From NCBI GenBank assembly GCA_027340875.1, contig DAIENX010000108.1, forward strand, positions 1-16,594: DNA of 16,594 bases, written 5' to 3'. How positions within the stretch are numbered: position 1 is the stretch's first letter; every line of letters begins with the position of its first letter. The translations under genes and the position numbers were made by a program. Below, one piece after another: positions 1-8,408 of the stretch. The DNA is from Elusimicrobiota bacterium (GTDB lineage: Bacteria; Elusimicrobiota; Elusimicrobia; Elusimicrobiales; UBA9959). A model generated the notes under the pieces. The model ran no database searches and had not been told where the DNA came from. It saw nothing but the letters and a program-made list of their open reading frames with translations.

Positions 1-1316
1 GCGTAGCCGCCGGGCGCCCTGAACGGCCTGTGGCGGTCCGGGTCCTTGACGCGCAGCACGATGACGCCCATGCAGACCAGCACGAAGGCGAAAAGCGTGC
101 CTATGTTGCAGAGGTTGGCCATCTCGTCGATGTTGCACAGCGCGGACAGCACCGCGACGAAGACGCCGGTCCAGATGGTGGTCACGTGCGGGGTCTTGAA
201 CTTCTCGTGCACGCGGGCGAAATACTGCGGCAGCAGCCCGTCGCGGCTCATCGAGAAGAAGATGCGCGGCTGCCCCATCTGGAACACCAGCAGCACGGCC
301 GTGTGGGCTATCACCGAGCCGAGAGATACCACCACTATTATCCAGCGCGCGGCGTGGTTGTAATCCAGCCCGGCGATCAGCGGCTCGGCTATCTTGTTCT
401 TGAGCTCCATGAACGGCATCATGCCGGTCAGGGCCACGGTGACGAGGATGTAGATCAGCGTGCAGATGATCAGCGAGCCGATTATGCCTATAGGCATGTC
501 CCTCTTGGGGTCCCGCGTCTCCTCGGCCACCGTGGAGACCGCGTCGAAGCCTATATACGCGAAGAATATAGTCGCCGCGCCCACCTGTATGCCCTTCCAG
601 CCGCCCGGCGCGAAAGGCACCCAGTTCTCGGCCTTGAAGTAGTAGAAGCCCACGCCCACGAAGAGCGCGAGCACGGCCAGTTTTATCATCACCAGTATGT
701 CGTTGAAGCGGGTGCTCTTCTTGATGCCGACTATCAGCAGCCCCGTCAGGGCCAGCACTATCAGCACGGCCGGCAGGTTGAAGATCAGCGGGATGCTCCC
801 CAGGTGCGGCACGGTGGCCAGGTCGAAGCCCTTCTGCACGAATGTGCGGTAGTCCAGCCGCAGCCAGAGCGGCATGTTGAGGCCGAAGGCGCTGTTCAGC
901 AGGTCGTTGAAATAGCCGGACCAGCTTATCGCCACGGCCACGTTGCCTATGGCGTACTCGATTATCAGGTCCCAGCCGATTATCCAGGCTATCAGCTCGC
1001 CCATCGTGGCATAAGCGTACGTATAAGCGCTGCCGGAGATCGGCACCATCGCGGCCAGCTCCGCGTAGCAGAGGGCGGTGAAGCCGCAGGCGACCGCCGT
1101 CAGCAGGAAAGAGACTATCAGCGCGGGGCCGGCCGGGTAGCCGCTGGAGGCGCCTACGGCGGCCTCGCCCACCATCGCGAAGATGCCGGCGCCGATTATC
1201 GCGCCGATGCCCACCATAGTGACGTCGAAAGCGCCCAGCACCCTGGAGAGCTTGTGCCCCTTCTCCCCCGATTCGGCCATTATCTCGTCTACCGATTTAA
1301 CCCTGAATACGGACAT
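1..1316 (-). CDS. APC-family (cationic amino acid transporter-like) permease; 3' end runs off the window
   Basis: Not in the ORF track. Manual minus-strand translation from ATG at 1316: MSVFRVKSVDEIMAESGEKGHKLSRVLGAFDVTMVGIGAIIGAGIF...AGPALIVSF...CYAELAAMVPISGSAYTYAYATMGELIAWIIGWDLIIEY, which are classic APC motifs. GAGG RBS upstream. Confidence 0.95.
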   Translation of the reverse strand, partial: MSVFRVKSVDEIMAESGEKGHKLSRVLGAFDVTMVGIGAIIGAGIFAMVGEAAVGASSGYPAGPALIVSFLLTAVACGFTALCYAELAAMVPISGSAYTYAYATMGELIAWIIGWDLIIEYAIGNVAVAISWSGYFNDLLNSAFGLNMPLWLRLDYRTFVQKGFDLATVPHLGSIPLIFNLPAVLIVLALTGLLIVGIKKSTRFNDILVMIKLAVLALFVGVGFYYFKAENWVPFAPGGWKGIQVGAATIFFAYIGFDAVSTVAEETRDPKRDMPIGIIGSLIICTLIYILVTVALTGMMPFMELKNKIAEPLIAGLDYNHAARWIIVVVSLGSVIAHTAVLLVFQMGQPRIFFSMSRDGLLPQYFARVHEKFKTPHVTTIWTGVFVAVLSALCNIDEMANLCNIGTLFAFVLVCMGVIVLRVKDPDRHRPFRAPGGY

Positions 1317-1354
1317 TGTTGCCTCGTTTGGCGGGCTGAAGGCCCGCACCAAGT

Positions 1355-1374
1355 TTGGCGGCCGCGGCCGCCAA
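1355..1374. promoter_or_regulatory. Perfect 20-bp palindrome TTGGCGGCCGCGGCCGCCAA in the permease/sixA divergent region (possible operator or 5' hairpin)
   Basis: Read directly from the sequence; adjacent to a minus-strand TAATAT -10-like hexamer at 1378-1383. Confidence 0.4.
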
Positions 1375-1483
1375 CTTATATTATTAAACTTCCGGGGCCC
1401 ATTTGAAGCGCTTGCGTACCGCGGCGCCAGGAAGCCGTGAAATCCGCCCGGACGGGGCTGGCAAAATTGTAGAATATATGTTT

Positions 1484-1960
1484 ATGAAAGAAGTCGTCTT
1501 CATGCGCCACGGACACGCCCTCTCCGCCCGGGAGGCCGGGGTCGCTTCCGATTCGGAACGCCCGCTCTCCTCTTTAGGGGAACAGGAAGCCCTTGAAACG
1601 GCCCGCCACCTGAGCGAGACGGGTTTCTCCCCCTCCTTGATCATCTCCAGCCCGTTCCTGCGGGCCTCCCGCACCGCCGAGATCGCGGCGCGGATATTTA
1701 CCGCCGCGGCGCGCAGCACCTCGCCGGCGCTGAGCGACGGCCCCGCCTCGGCCATAGTCGATCTCATTGAAAGCCTGGAAAGGGACGGCGCCAGCGTGCT
1801 CGTGGTCGGCCATCAGCCGCTGATGGGGGCCATAGCCGGGTATTTCTCCGGACGCGGTAATTTCGACCTCTCCCCGGCCGGATTCGTGCGGGTGGACGGA
1901 GAGAAGTCTCCGGCCGGATCCGCTCTGCTCGAGTTCTACTCCCCGCCGGTAAGGAAGTGA
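1484..1960 (+). CDS. sixA: Phosphohistidine phosphatase SixA-like (histidine phosphatase superfamily)
   Basis: MRHG, D-x-x-R-P-L, SSPFLRA and VVGHQP motifs. Start placed at 1484 (or 1478) rather than the track's 1403 because TAGAAT lies at 1470-1475 and RHG is normally near the N-terminus. Confidence 0.85.
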   Translation: MKEVVFMRHGHALSAREAGVASDSERPLSSLGEQEALETARHLSETGFSPSLIISSPFLRASRTAEIAARIFTAAARSTSPALSDGPASAIVDLIESLERDGASVLVVGHQPLMGAIAGYFSGRGNFDLSPAGFVRVDGEKSPAGSALLEFYSPPVRK

Positions 1961-1963
1961 CCG

Positions 1964-3097
1964 TTGAGGCTCCTCCTGTGCCTGTTACTTACTGCAAGCG
2001 CGGCGCAGGCCGCCCCGCGCGCGGCGCAGGTCCGCGTCTATTCGCTGTATAAGCTGAAGTCCTTAGACCTGGAACCGGAGGGACCGGCCTCGCAGGCGGC
2101 CGGCGCGCATCTGGCAGCCAAGGCCTCGGTCGCCGTCCACGGCTCCCTGGTCGCCTTCAAGGGCAAGGGCAGGTCCTCGTCCCAGAAAAGAATCACCGCT
2201 TCGGGCGGCATCTGGCTCTCTGGCCCGGCCCTGCCGCGCCGCCTTTACCGCGGCGAACTCTCGTTCTCGGCCAAGAATGGCCGCCTCGTGGTGATCAACG
2301 AGGCGCCGCTGGAGGAATACATAGCGTCGGTGGTCAGCGGCGAGGTCTCGGACCTCTCCGATCCGGAAGCCTACAAGGCGCAGGCGGTGGCGGCCAGGAC
2401 CTATACCCGCATGCACGACACCAACCACTCCGGGGAGGGCTACTCCCTCTGCGACTCCACCCACTGCCAGCTCTACACCGGCTCCGCCTCCGTCAGGGCG
2501 AAGGCCAGGGCCGCCGCCGAGGCCACCCGCGGCCAGATCCTTACCTACAAAGGCGTGCCGGCCGAGACCTATTACCACGCCATCTGCGGCGGCAAGACGG
2601 CCGACATGACCAGCGTCTGGCCTTTCGAGAGCAAGCCGTACCTCGTCTCCGTCAAGGACGGCCCCGCCTCCCGGCCCTATTGCTCCATAGCCCCGGGCTT
2701 CCTCTGGAAGACCAAGATCTATTTCACGGGTCTCACGCGGCTGGCCAGGCAGGCCGGCTGGATAGTGCGCGACGAGAACGCCACGGGCCTGCGCATCACC
2801 GCCTGGGGCCCTTCCGGCAGGGCCGAGAAGCTAGAGATCCGCACGCAGCGCAGGAAGGTCAGCGTCAGCGCGACCGACTTCTATCACGGCATCGGCCGCA
2901 GGGCCGGCTGGCGGGCCGTGCGCAGCTCCTGGTTCAGCATCCACCAGGGCAAGGATTACGTTTTCCTCGACGGCCGCGGCAGCGGCCACGGCGTCGGCAT
3001 GTGCCAGTGGGGAGCCGAGGGCATGGGCCGCAAGGGCTTCACATACCGGGAGATACTGAAGCATTATTACCCCGGCACGGAGATAGAGAATGACTGA
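1964..3097 (+). CDS. SpoIID/LytB-domain lytic transglycosylase with signal peptide
   Basis: LEEYIASVVSGE, KAQAVAARTY, LCDSTHCQLY and GHGVGMCQWGA...ILKHYYPG motifs; TTG start after AAGGAAG. Confidence 0.92.
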   Translation: MRLLLCLLLTASAAQAAPRAAQVRVYSLYKLKSLDLEPEGPASQAAGAHLAAKASVAVHGSLVAFKGKGRSSSQKRITASGGIWLSGPALPRRLYRGELSFSAKNGRLVVINEAPLEEYIASVVSGEVSDLSDPEAYKAQAVAARTYTRMHDTNHSGEGYSLCDSTHCQLYTGSASVRAKARAAAEATRGQILTYKGVPAETYYHAICGGKTADMTSVWPFESKPYLVSVKDGPASRPYCSIAPGFLWKTKIYFTGLTRLARQAGWIVRDENATGLRITAWGPSGRAEKLEIRTQRRKVSVSATDFYHGIGRRAGWRAVRSSWFSIHQGKDYVFLDGRGSGHGVGMCQWGAEGMGRKGFTYREILKHYYPGTEIEND

Positions 3098-3866
3098 CAT
3101 CCAAGCTGCGGTGCTGGGAGTGTTGCAGGGCGCGGGAGAGTTCCTGCCGATCTCCAGCTCGGCCCACCTGGCGCTGGCGCCGCACCTCTTCGGTTGGGAA
3201 TACCAGGGCCTGGCCTACGACGTGATGCTTCACCTCGGCACGCTTCTCGCCGTGCTGATCTACTTCGCCAAGGACTGGCTGAAGATCTTCAGGGACGCCT
3301 TTACCCGCGCTCCTGGCCCCGACGGAAAGCTGCTCTGGCTGCTGATACTGGCCACCGTCCCTGCCGGCGCCGCCGGAGTGCTCCTCAACAAAGCGGCCGA
3401 GACGGCGTTCCGCGATCCGCTGTGGATAGCCTTCAACCTGGTCTTCTTTTCCGTCTTCATCTGGCTGGCGGACCGGAAGCCCGCGCAGGCCCTGTCGGAG
3501 GAGGCCTTCTCCCCCCGGCACGCGCTGCTGATCGGCCTGGCCCAGTGCCTGGCGCTTATGCCCGGCGCCTCCCGCTCCGGCATGACCATAATGGCCGCCC
3601 TGTTCCTGGGCTACCGCCGCGATTCGGCCGCCAGGCTCTCCTTCCTGCTGAGCACTCCGGTCATCCTGGGGGCGGCCCTGCTCGAGGCGAGGAAGATAGC
3701 CCCCGCCCAGCTGGACTCCGCGTTCGCCGTGGGCCTGACCGCGTCTTTCATATCCGGGCTGGCTTTCATAGGGCTGCTGATGTCCTGGGTCAGGAAGCGC
3801 ACGCTGGCCCCGTTCCTGGTCTACCGCGTGCTGCTCGGGGCGGCCATACTGCTGCTGCACGTATAG
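3090..3866 (+). CDS. uppP: Undecaprenyl-diphosphate phosphatase (BacA/UppP)
   Basis: QGAGEFLPISSSAHL, HLGT, PGASRSG and AARLSFLL motifs; hydrophobic; 8-nt overlap with the upstream gene. Confidence 0.96.
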   Translation: MTDIQAAVLGVLQGAGEFLPISSSAHLALAPHLFGWEYQGLAYDVMLHLGTLLAVLIYFAKDWLKIFRDAFTRAPGPDGKLLWLLILATVPAGAAGVLLNKAAETAFRDPLWIAFNLVFFSVFIWLADRKPAQALSEEAFSPRHALLIGLAQCLALMPGASRSGMTIMAALFLGYRRDSAARLSFLLSTPVILGAALLEARKIAPAQLDSAFAVGLTASFISGLAFIGLLMSWVRKRTLAPFLVYRVLLGAAILLLHV

Positions 3867-3881
3867 CCAGACCGCATATAG

Positions 3882-3887
3882 TATAAT
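3882..3887 (+). promoter_or_regulatory. TATAAT -10 box 6 nt upstream of the AI-2E ATG (probable leaderless promoter)
   Basis: TATAAT-tgccac-ATG with no SD-like sequence. Confidence 0.55.
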
Positions 3888-3893
3888 TGCCAC

Positions 3894-4988
3894 ATGAACT
3901 CCGCCCCGCAGGCGCAACCCCCGAAACTGCTCAGGTTCGACAAGGCGCAGGTCTTCAACCTGTTCTTCTTCGGCATCCTGCTGTTCCTGCTCTACCAGCT
4001 GCTGCACATACTCTCGCCGTTCATCGGCGCGATACTGGTCTCGGCCACCTTCGCACTTATCTTCTTCCCCCTCTTCACCTGGGTGCTCGGCAACATAGCC
4101 TCCAACCGGACTGCGGCGGCCGCGATCTCCACTTTCACGGCGGTCCTCACGCTGGCCCTGCCGCTGCTGATCTTCGGCTGGCTGCTGATGCGGGAATCGC
4201 GCGACTTCTACCCTAAGACCAACCAGCTGCTGAACGCTTTCTCTGAGACGGAGATAGAGGCGAGGCTGCCCGAGGGGCTGCGGAGCTACTGGGACCTGGA
4301 CCTGGGCAACATGATAGCCGGCAACCTGAAGGCGCTGCAGGAGAGGATGACCCGGTCCGCCGCCGGCATCGCTAAGAACGTCTTCTTCTTCCTGATCAAT
4401 TTCGTCGTGATGGTGGCCACGCTGTTCATGTTCTTCCGTGACGGGGAACGGTTCCTGCACTGGCTCATCGACATCATCCCGATGGACCAGGAATACAAGA
4501 GCCGCATAGCCAACCACCTGTACGTCACCACTATGGCCGTGGTGCGCGGCCTGCTACTGACGGCCATCATACAGGGCTTCACCGGGGCGCTGGGCTACTG
4601 GCTGGCCGGCGTGAAATCCCCCATATTCTTCGGCTTGCTGACCACGTTCGCCGCCGTAGTCCCTTTCGTCGGTACCAGCCTGGTCTGGCTGCCGCTCTCC
4701 GCGGGGATGTACCTGTTCTACGGCTTCAAGGCGGGGTTGTTCGTGCTGCTGTGGGGCGCCCTGGTGGTGGCCATGCTGGACAATTTCCTGCGCCCGATCC
4801 TTATAGGGAAGGGCGCCAAGCTCCCGGTCTTCCTGCTCTTCCTCGGCATCTTCGGCGGCATGAAGGTCTACGGCCCCATAGGCCTCTTCCTGGGGCCGCT
4901 GCTGATCTCCTGCGTCATAGTCTTCCTGCAGATCTACAAGGAGGCCAAGAACGTGCCGCACCTCCCGCCCCCCGCTCCCACCTGCTAG
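3894..4988 (+). CDS. AI-2E family transporter (PerM/YdiK-like)
   Basis: 364 aa polytopic membrane protein with FFRDG, VPFVGT, DNFLRP and GPIGLFLGP motifs. Confidence 0.92.
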   Translation: MNSAPQAQPPKLLRFDKAQVFNLFFFGILLFLLYQLLHILSPFIGAILVSATFALIFFPLFTWVLGNIASNRTAAAAISTFTAVLTLALPLLIFGWLLMRESRDFYPKTNQLLNAFSETEIEARLPEGLRSYWDLDLGNMIAGNLKALQERMTRSAAGIAKNVFFFLINFVVMVATLFMFFRDGERFLHWLIDIIPMDQEYKSRIANHLYVTTMAVVRGLLLTAIIQGFTGALGYWLAGVKSPIFFGLLTTFAAVVPFVGTSLVWLPLSAGMYLFYGFKAGLFVLLWGALVVAMLDNFLRPILIGKGAKLPVFLLFLGIFGGMKVYGPIGLFLGPLLISCVIVFLQIYKEAKNVPHLPPPAPTC

Positions 4989-4997
4989 CGGCGGCGA

Positions 4998-5042
4998 CGG
5001 AACGGAAAAAGGCCCGTTCCAGGCGGGCCTTTTTCCGTTCCG
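4998..5042. terminator. Bidirectional intrinsic terminator
   Basis: 19-bp perfect inverted repeat CGGAACGGAAAAAGGCCCG / CGGGCCTTTTTCCGTTCCG between convergent genes. Confidence 0.88.
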
Positions 5043-5054
5043 GGCGTACCTTCC

Positions 5055-5777
5055 TCAGTCCTCTTTCGCCAGCGACTCCGGGCAGAGCCTGCGTACAGGG
5101 CAGCGGCGGCATTCGCCCTTGCGGGACATGTCCAGCGCCAGCATCTTCTCGCCGGTGTCGCGGACAAGGGCGAGCGTGGCTTCCTCGCGCGACGGGTCGT
5201 AGGCTACCGACACCTTCTGCAGCGAGGTCAGGATGAAATAACCGACCGAGCCGACCTGTAGCTTCAGCGCGCGGGAAAGGCCGAGGGCGTAGATGGAGAG
5301 CTGGAGACTGCCCGCGACGTCCCATTCGTTGCGGTCCTCGAAGCCCATCTTGTAGTCGAGCAGCTCCACCTGGCCGCCGGGGAGGCGGTCCACCCTGTCT
5401 ATAGTGCCTTTAATGCGCCACTTCTCGAAGCTGAACACGAAGTTCTTCTCCGAATAGAGGACCTGCGCCGGGTGCTCCTGGAAATGTTGCCACCACTTCT
5501 CCAGGACTTCCGCGCCCTTGTTATAGAACTCCATGCTCTGCTGCGGCGTGCCGTAGCCCTGGTGCAGCCAGGCGTCGTCGTAGTAGGCCATCAGGTCCCC
5601 AAGGTCGCCGGGATTGGCGTGGAAAGCGGCCAGCGCCCGGTGCACGGAGAGACCCAGCGAGGAATGCGGGCTCTGCGGGGCGAACTTGCGCTCGACGTAG
5701 ATGAACCGGTACAGGAACGGGCAGTCCAGGTAGGCGCGGATCTTGCTGTAGTTGAGCTCGAGCGGGTCGAAGATCAT
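5055..5777 (-). CDS. PD-(D/E)XK nuclease, RecB/AddB/Cas4-like, with a 4-Cys Fe-S 'iron-staple'
   Basis: YSKI..Y.DCP, G..VH, SE, GTIDRVD, LLDYK, QLSIYA and C-terminal CRRCPVRRLC. Start chosen at MIFDP (5777) because the track's 24-aa extension runs into a structured repeat. Confidence 0.88.
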   Translation of the reverse strand: MIFDPLELNYSKIRAYLDCPFLYRFIYVERKFAPQSPHSSLGLSVHRALAAFHANPGDLGDLMAYYDDAWLHQGYGTPQQSMEFYNKGAEVLEKWWQHFQEHPAQVLYSEKNFVFSFEKWRIKGTIDRVDRLPGGQVELLDYKMGFEDRNEWDVAGSLQLSIYALGLSRALKLQVGSVGYFILTSLQKVSVAYDPSREEATLALVRDTGEKMLALDMSRKGECRRCPVRRLCPESLAKED

Positions 5778-5804
5778 GGTGACACTATGAACCGGACAGC
5801 TAAA

Positions 5805-5935
5805 ACGGCAGGCGGAAGGGCGGCTCAAAAAACGCGGCGTCGCGCACACCGTGCGCGCGCCTCATCACTCGCCCCTCGCGCTTACGCAAGCTCGGGGCTC
5901 CGCGAAGGTTTTTTGCGCCGCCCCTCCGCCGCCGT
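5805..5935 (-). repeat. 131-nt structured inverted-repeat element (REP/MITE-like or cis-RNA)
   Basis: Terminal arms 5805-5833 and 5908-5935 (2 mismatches, 1 bulge) enclose two hairpins, 5836-5861 and 5866-5904. Confidence 0.7.
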
Positions 5936-5971
5936 GTGACGCCTCTTCAAAATATCCAGGCAGTAAAACGC

Positions 5972-6553
5972 TCATCTCTTCAGCCGGAAGAAATCCACGT
6001 AGGTGTCGCCGTACTTCTCGCGGCGGGTGTGCTCCAGGCCCGCCGGCGCGGAGACTTCCTCCTTCTTGTGGTGCTGCACCGCTATCACGGCCGCGGGGTT
6101 GGCTATGCCCGCCTCCACGAGCAGCTGAAGGGTCTGCACGCTATAGGAGAGCGGCAGGTTCTCGGAGGTACGGTACGGAGGCCCCATGAAGACCAGGTCG
6201 TAGCCCTTGTAGTCGGAGAAGTGCTCCAGCCATTTCAGGCCGCTCAGGACGTCGGCCTTCAGCACTTTGCCCTTCTCGCCGAAGCCCAGGTGCGCGAGGT
6301 TCTTCTCTATCGTCTTCACGCAGAGGCCTTCCTTCTCCACGAAAACCACCTTCAAGGCTCCGCGGGAGAGGGCCTCCAGGCCCACCGTGCCGACGCCGGC
6401 GTACAGGTCCAGCATCACCGCTCCCGTTACGTACGGGCGGACGATGTCGAAGAACGACTGCCGTATGCGGGCGGAGATCGGCTTGACGAACTTTTCCTTG
6501 GGCACCGAGAAGATCTTCCGGCCTCGGTGCGTGCCGGCGATAATGCGCATCAT
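5972..6553 (-). CDS. rsmD: 16S rRNA m2G966 methyltransferase RsmD
   Basis: MRIIAG..RGRK, LDLYAGVGTVGLEALSRGA, GPPY (variant of DPPY) and KYGDT motifs. Confidence 0.92.
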   Translation of the reverse strand: MMRIIAGTHRGRKIFSVPKEKFVKPISARIRQSFFDIVRPYVTGAVMLDLYAGVGTVGLEALSRGALKVVFVEKEGLCVKTIEKNLAHLGFGEKGKVLKADVLSGLKWLEHFSDYKGYDLVFMGPPYRTSENLPLSYSVQTLQLLVEAGIANPAAVIAVQHHKKEEVSAPAGLEHTRREKYGDTYVDFFRLKR

Positions 6554-6635
6554 AATTTAACAGGGCCGCAACATTTCTTTAATCAATGAAAATTTATACT
6601 ATATTATAGTAAATCGCCCCGACCGGGAGAGAAAA

Positions 6636-7967
6636 ATGGCAAATCCGGACATTATCATCGTTGACGACGACCCCATGGTGGGAGAGCTGTCCCGCGACCT
6701 GCTCACCGACGCCGGCTACACCGTTACGCTCGTCCAGGAATCCTTGGAGGCGATCCCCACCATCAAGGCCCAGATGCCCCGCCTTATCGTCACGGACATC
6801 ATGATGCCCGGCATCACCGGCATGGACATCTGCAAGGCGGTCAAATCCGACCCGAACCTCAAGCATATCAAGATCATAGTCGTCTCCGGAAAATCCTACG
6901 AGGTGGAGAAGCAGCGCGCCTTCCAGCTCGGGGCGGACTTCTTCGTGCAGAAGCCCTACAACGTGGACACCTTCTCCAATACCGTAAAGGAGATCCTGAA
7001 CGGAGCGGCTCCGCGCCTGGCCCCCTCCGAGCAGGCGGCCCAGGAGCCGGCCCTGATACGCGAAGACGAGCACCCCCAGGCCAGCGACCTCAGCACGGGA
7101 CAGATCCGCGTCACCGTCTGGGGCGCCCGCGGCCTCCCGGTGCAGCTGCCGAACTCGGCCTCGCGCTACGGCAGGCAGACGTCCTGCCTTTCCGTGGAGA
7201 CCAGGGACCATCTTTTCGTCTTCGACGCCGGGACCGGCATAGTGGAGCTGGGCAAGGAGATAGTGGAGAGGAAACGCTACTTCAAGGACATCTGGGTCTG
7301 CCTCACGCACTTCCACCTGGACCACATCCTCGGACTCGGCCGCTTCGCCCCCATCCACGACCCGAACTTCGCTATCCACCTGATCGGCTCCAATGATCCG
7401 GAGAAGACGCTCAAGGACGTGGCGCAGGCCACCTTTTACAGCTCCTTCTCCCTGACCAAGCAGGCCCCCAAGGCCAAGATAGACATCTACGAGATCCTGG
7501 AGGACAACTACGAGCTGTTCCCCGGCGTGCGCCTTTCCGCAATGTACGCCAACCACCCCACAAGCACGATGATCTACGTGCTGGACCTGCTGGGCAGGCG
7601 CGTCACGTACTCCCCCGACAGCGAGATCTGGGGCGACGCCACCGCGTTCCAGGATTACGACGAGAAGCTCGGCGGCTTCGTGCGCGGCTCGGACCTGCTG
7701 GTCCACGACGCCGTCTACAACGACAAGGACTACGAGACCTACAAGAAGCAGGGCCACTCCGGCCTGTCCATAGTGATGGACTTCGCCGTGGAAAAGGCCC
7801 AGGCCAAGGACCTGGTGCTCTGGCACGCCCACCCCGACTACACCGACGAGCAGATGGACCAGATGCTGGCGGCCGCCAACGCCCGCATACAGCAGAAGGG
7901 CTACGCGCTGAACTGCCACCTCCCCTCGGAAAAGCAGCAGTTCATCATCCAGGGCGAACAGAAATAA
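6636..7967 (+). CDS. Response-regulator receiver domain fused to an MBL-fold metallo-hydrolase (RNase Z/phosphodiesterase-like)
   Basis: REC: IIIVDDD, TDIMMP, VSG, QKP. MBL: WGARG, DAGTG, THFHLDH, NHP, PDSE, HDA, GHS, WHAHP. GGAGA RBS. Confidence 0.9.
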   Translation: MANPDIIIVDDDPMVGELSRDLLTDAGYTVTLVQESLEAIPTIKAQMPRLIVTDIMMPGITGMDICKAVKSDPNLKHIKIIVVSGKSYEVEKQRAFQLGADFFVQKPYNVDTFSNTVKEILNGAAPRLAPSEQAAQEPALIREDEHPQASDLSTGQIRVTVWGARGLPVQLPNSASRYGRQTSCLSVETRDHLFVFDAGTGIVELGKEIVERKRYFKDIWVCLTHFHLDHILGLGRFAPIHDPNFAIHLIGSNDPEKTLKDVAQATFYSSFSLTKQAPKAKIDIYEILEDNYELFPGVRLSAMYANHPTSTMIYVLDLLGRRVTYSPDSEIWGDATAFQDYDEKLGGFVRGSDLLVHDAVYNDKDYETYKKQGHSGLSIVMDFAVEKAQAKDLVLWHAHPDYTDEQMDQMLAAANARIQQKGYALNCHLPSEKQQFIIQGEQK

Positions 7968-7982
7968 GGCGCCCGCGGAGCG

Positions 7983-8019
7983 AAAAAGATAACCCCGCTC
8001 AGGCGGGGTTATCTTTTTT
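7983..8019. terminator. Bidirectional intrinsic terminator
   Basis: AAAAAGATAACCCCGC-tcag-GCGGGGTTATCTTTTT between convergent genes. Confidence 0.9.
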
Positions 8020-8039
8020 CACGCAGTCCCTGCGCGCGT

Positions 8040-8336
8040 TCAACTGTGACCCTGCGTCAGGTTCACGGCCCGTTCCGGGATGACGCCGAAGCGCTCCTCG
8101 TAGCGTTTGATGTTCTCGAGCAGCGCGTTCAGGAAGCGCTTCGTATGCACCGGACTTGAGATTATCCTGGCGCGAAGCTTGGCCTTGGGCTGGTTGGGCT
8201 GCAGGAACAGGAAATCGAAGATGAACTCGGTCTCGCTGTGGGTCACGCCGGCCAGATTGGCATAGGTGCCCTGTGCCGTGGCGTCGTCCATCTGCACTTC
8301 CAGCTGCATCGGTTTGGCTTCCTGCTTCTCGGTCAT
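8040..8336 (-). CDS. DUF3467-like small protein
   Basis: GTYANLA...HSETEFIFDF...ARIISSPVHTKRFLNALLENIKRYEERFG pattern; GGAGG RBS before MTEKQ. Confidence 0.8.
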   Translation of the reverse strand: MTEKQEAKPMQLEVQMDDATAQGTYANLAGVTHSETEFIFDFLFLQPNQPKAKLRARIISSPVHTKRFLNALLENIKRYEERFGVIPERAVNLTQGHS

Positions 8337-8408
8337 CTTTCCTCCTGCCGGGTTCAAATATCGGGCAAGTAAGAGTATAATATATTTTTAACCGGCAGGT
8401 GGTGACCC

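Noticed and set aside
30..1406. 458-aa plus-strand ORF
   Set aside because: Antisense shadow of the APC permease; His/Arg/Gln-rich composition typical of GC-rich reverse frames
3039..4517. 492-aa minus-strand ORF (also 6594-7919 -, 8388-9281 -, 10640-12166 +, 13873-15045 -)
   Set aside because: Shadow frames opposite well-supported genes, with no recognisable motifs
5805..5935. 6S RNA or SRP RNA
   Set aside because: Branched interior instead of a 6S central bubble, too short for 6S, and no SRP helix-8 motif recognised
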